A DNA stretch of 64,000 nucleotides from the human T2T-CHM13v2.0 reference genome, Homo sapiens. Below are positions 62,208-64,000 of this stretch, in pieces; positions within the stretch are counted from its first letter, which is position 1; every line of letters starts with the position of its first letter. The stretch is taken from the NCBI RefSeq assembly GCF_009914755.1, contig NC_060942.1. The stretch is one strand, 5' to 3'. A program made the position numbers and the translations under genes. The notes under the pieces are model-generated. The model ran no database searches and was not told the origin of the DNA. It saw nothing but the letters and a program-made list of their open reading frames with translations.

Positions 62208-62368
62208 TAGGACCAGCTTTGTAATTTGCCTGGCCCAGTGCAAGATGAACCTATGGGACACCTCATTTAAAAAATTAAGAATTTTCAAGATGGCGACAGC
62301 AAAGCATTAAACTAAGCATAGGGCCCTTTTAAGTAAGCATCAGGCCCTGTGCAAAAACCCAGACCCTG
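62208..62368 (-). mobile_element. MER45A hAT-Tip100 MITE
   Basis: taatttgcctggcccagtgcaagatgaa...ttcaagatggcgacagcaaagcattaaactaagc...ggccctgtgc. Confidence 0.8.
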
Positions 62369-63755
62369 TAGCTAAGAGGGGAAGACGGGTTGTCACTAGA
62401 TTTTTTTTTTTTCTTTTTTTAAGAACAGTACAGATAAACAGCCTGTTCTCTTCTGAAACACACTGCTGGGTTTTCAAGCTTTTTTCTCCCCAAAGAAAAT
62501 CGAATGCAAAACTCAACCTAATGCATAAAATAGTCTCAGGTGCATCTTCTCAGGCTGTTACGTCAGGGCTCCTGAACTCCCCCATCCCCCAAATGCATTG
62601 CCAAAGACCCCGAGTCACTACCTCTGACCTTGGAGACCCAAAAGGCAGTGTTAAAGCTCACTGCAGTAGGCTCTATTATCTTGCATAAGAGAACAGTGAA
62701 TAAGAAAAAGCCATATCTGGTAACTGAGAGTGAAATACCCAGGACACACACTGCAACAGCAACCGTGGCTACCAGGGTGCCCCGCAGGCAGCAGGTCAGG
62801 AAATCAATCAGATGCATGGTTTCCACATCATTCTACCACAGTATCATTTTCTTTCCACCCACAGGGTGACACACAATGTCTCTTCCAGGGCCATTCATAA
62901 CATAACCATTTTCATTATTTAAATAAAGTCCCTGGGTCAGTCACTTGTCTCTTGTGACCATCTTTGAGAGAAAATTTCCAGCAAGGAAACAATATGGAGC
63001 AGGCTTGCTTAATAGGCTCATATGCATAATCTACCACTCACCCTAATTAAAACTACCTTTAGAAAAGCTATAAAATGGAAGCAAAAATAAAAAAAAAATT
63101 AAAAGTCAACCTAAGATGATGGAAGTACCATGACATGAAACAACTGTAACTTTAAATCGCCAGATTTATCCTTAATACATGGTTTTCAGGCATTTGTTTG
63201 GAAAAGGCACTGATAAAGTAGGAAAGAAGTACTCAACTGTCTTGAGAAAGGAACTGAGCTGTTCTGTTCTGGTGTAGATTGCCAAAGATCATGTTTGCAA
63301 ATGCTGCTAATCTTATCTGAACATATTAATAAAGTCCCTAAATCCTCCTATTAAGAAATACTACCACTGACAGTGCAGCTGGCTAACATTTGCTTCTTAA
63401 ATGCTATCACCACTCTCTTTTTTTGTCCAACCCCCACCCGCTGCTGCCCCAACCCCCAAGAAAAAAAATGATGGCTGCTTCCTGGAATGTTTAGCTACCA
63501 AAAAAATCTCTAAAGCCTCAGAAGACATTGTGAGAGAACGATGATGAAAGTCGGGGTGAAATGAACAATTAAGATAAACTATGCAGAATTCTTTTTAAAG
63601 AACGAGTCTCATAAAGCTACCATGTTAGGACCACAAATCATTCTGCAGATTATTTCCCCTCTATCTGTAAGCAAAGAGGTGAGAGGATTAGGTCATTTCT
63701 AAGGTCTCCTCTCATCATGATGTCCTGGATTTATTGAAAGAGGTTTTAAACGCAT

Positions 63756-64000
<245 letters not shown>

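Overview
Primate (very probably human or great-ape) non-coding genomic DNA, intergenic or deep intronic. I see no protein-coding gene, RNA gene, CpG island or CRISPR array. Roughly half the window is transposable-element relics: about 20 Alus (J, S, Y), a near-full-length minus-strand L1PA lacking its RT domain, other L1/L2/L3/MIR fragments, MER5/MER6/MER45/MER58/Tigger3 DNA transposons, many solo LTRs (MLT1, THE1, LTR16, LTR33, MER51, LTR1-group) and one two-LTR, internally deleted ERVL/HERV-S-related provirus (55056-58675) with an intact TSD, a tRNA-Ser(GCU) primer-binding site and a PPT. The ORFs in the supplied track are repeat-derived or chance ORFs. I found no convincing new biological system. 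The most interesting signal is a recurring pattern of locally templated insertions and duplications. The best case is an Alu that carries a copy of a neighbouring Tigger3 segment inside a single TSD pair. Others are an L1PA7 with a templated ERV patch in its 3' junction, an AluY with a triplicated 5' junction and a 140-bp unique tandem duplication. There are also a few motif-based enhancer candidates. Family and subfamily names come from remembered consensus sequences and need RepeatMasker/Dfam confirmation; boundaries of old repeats are approximate.
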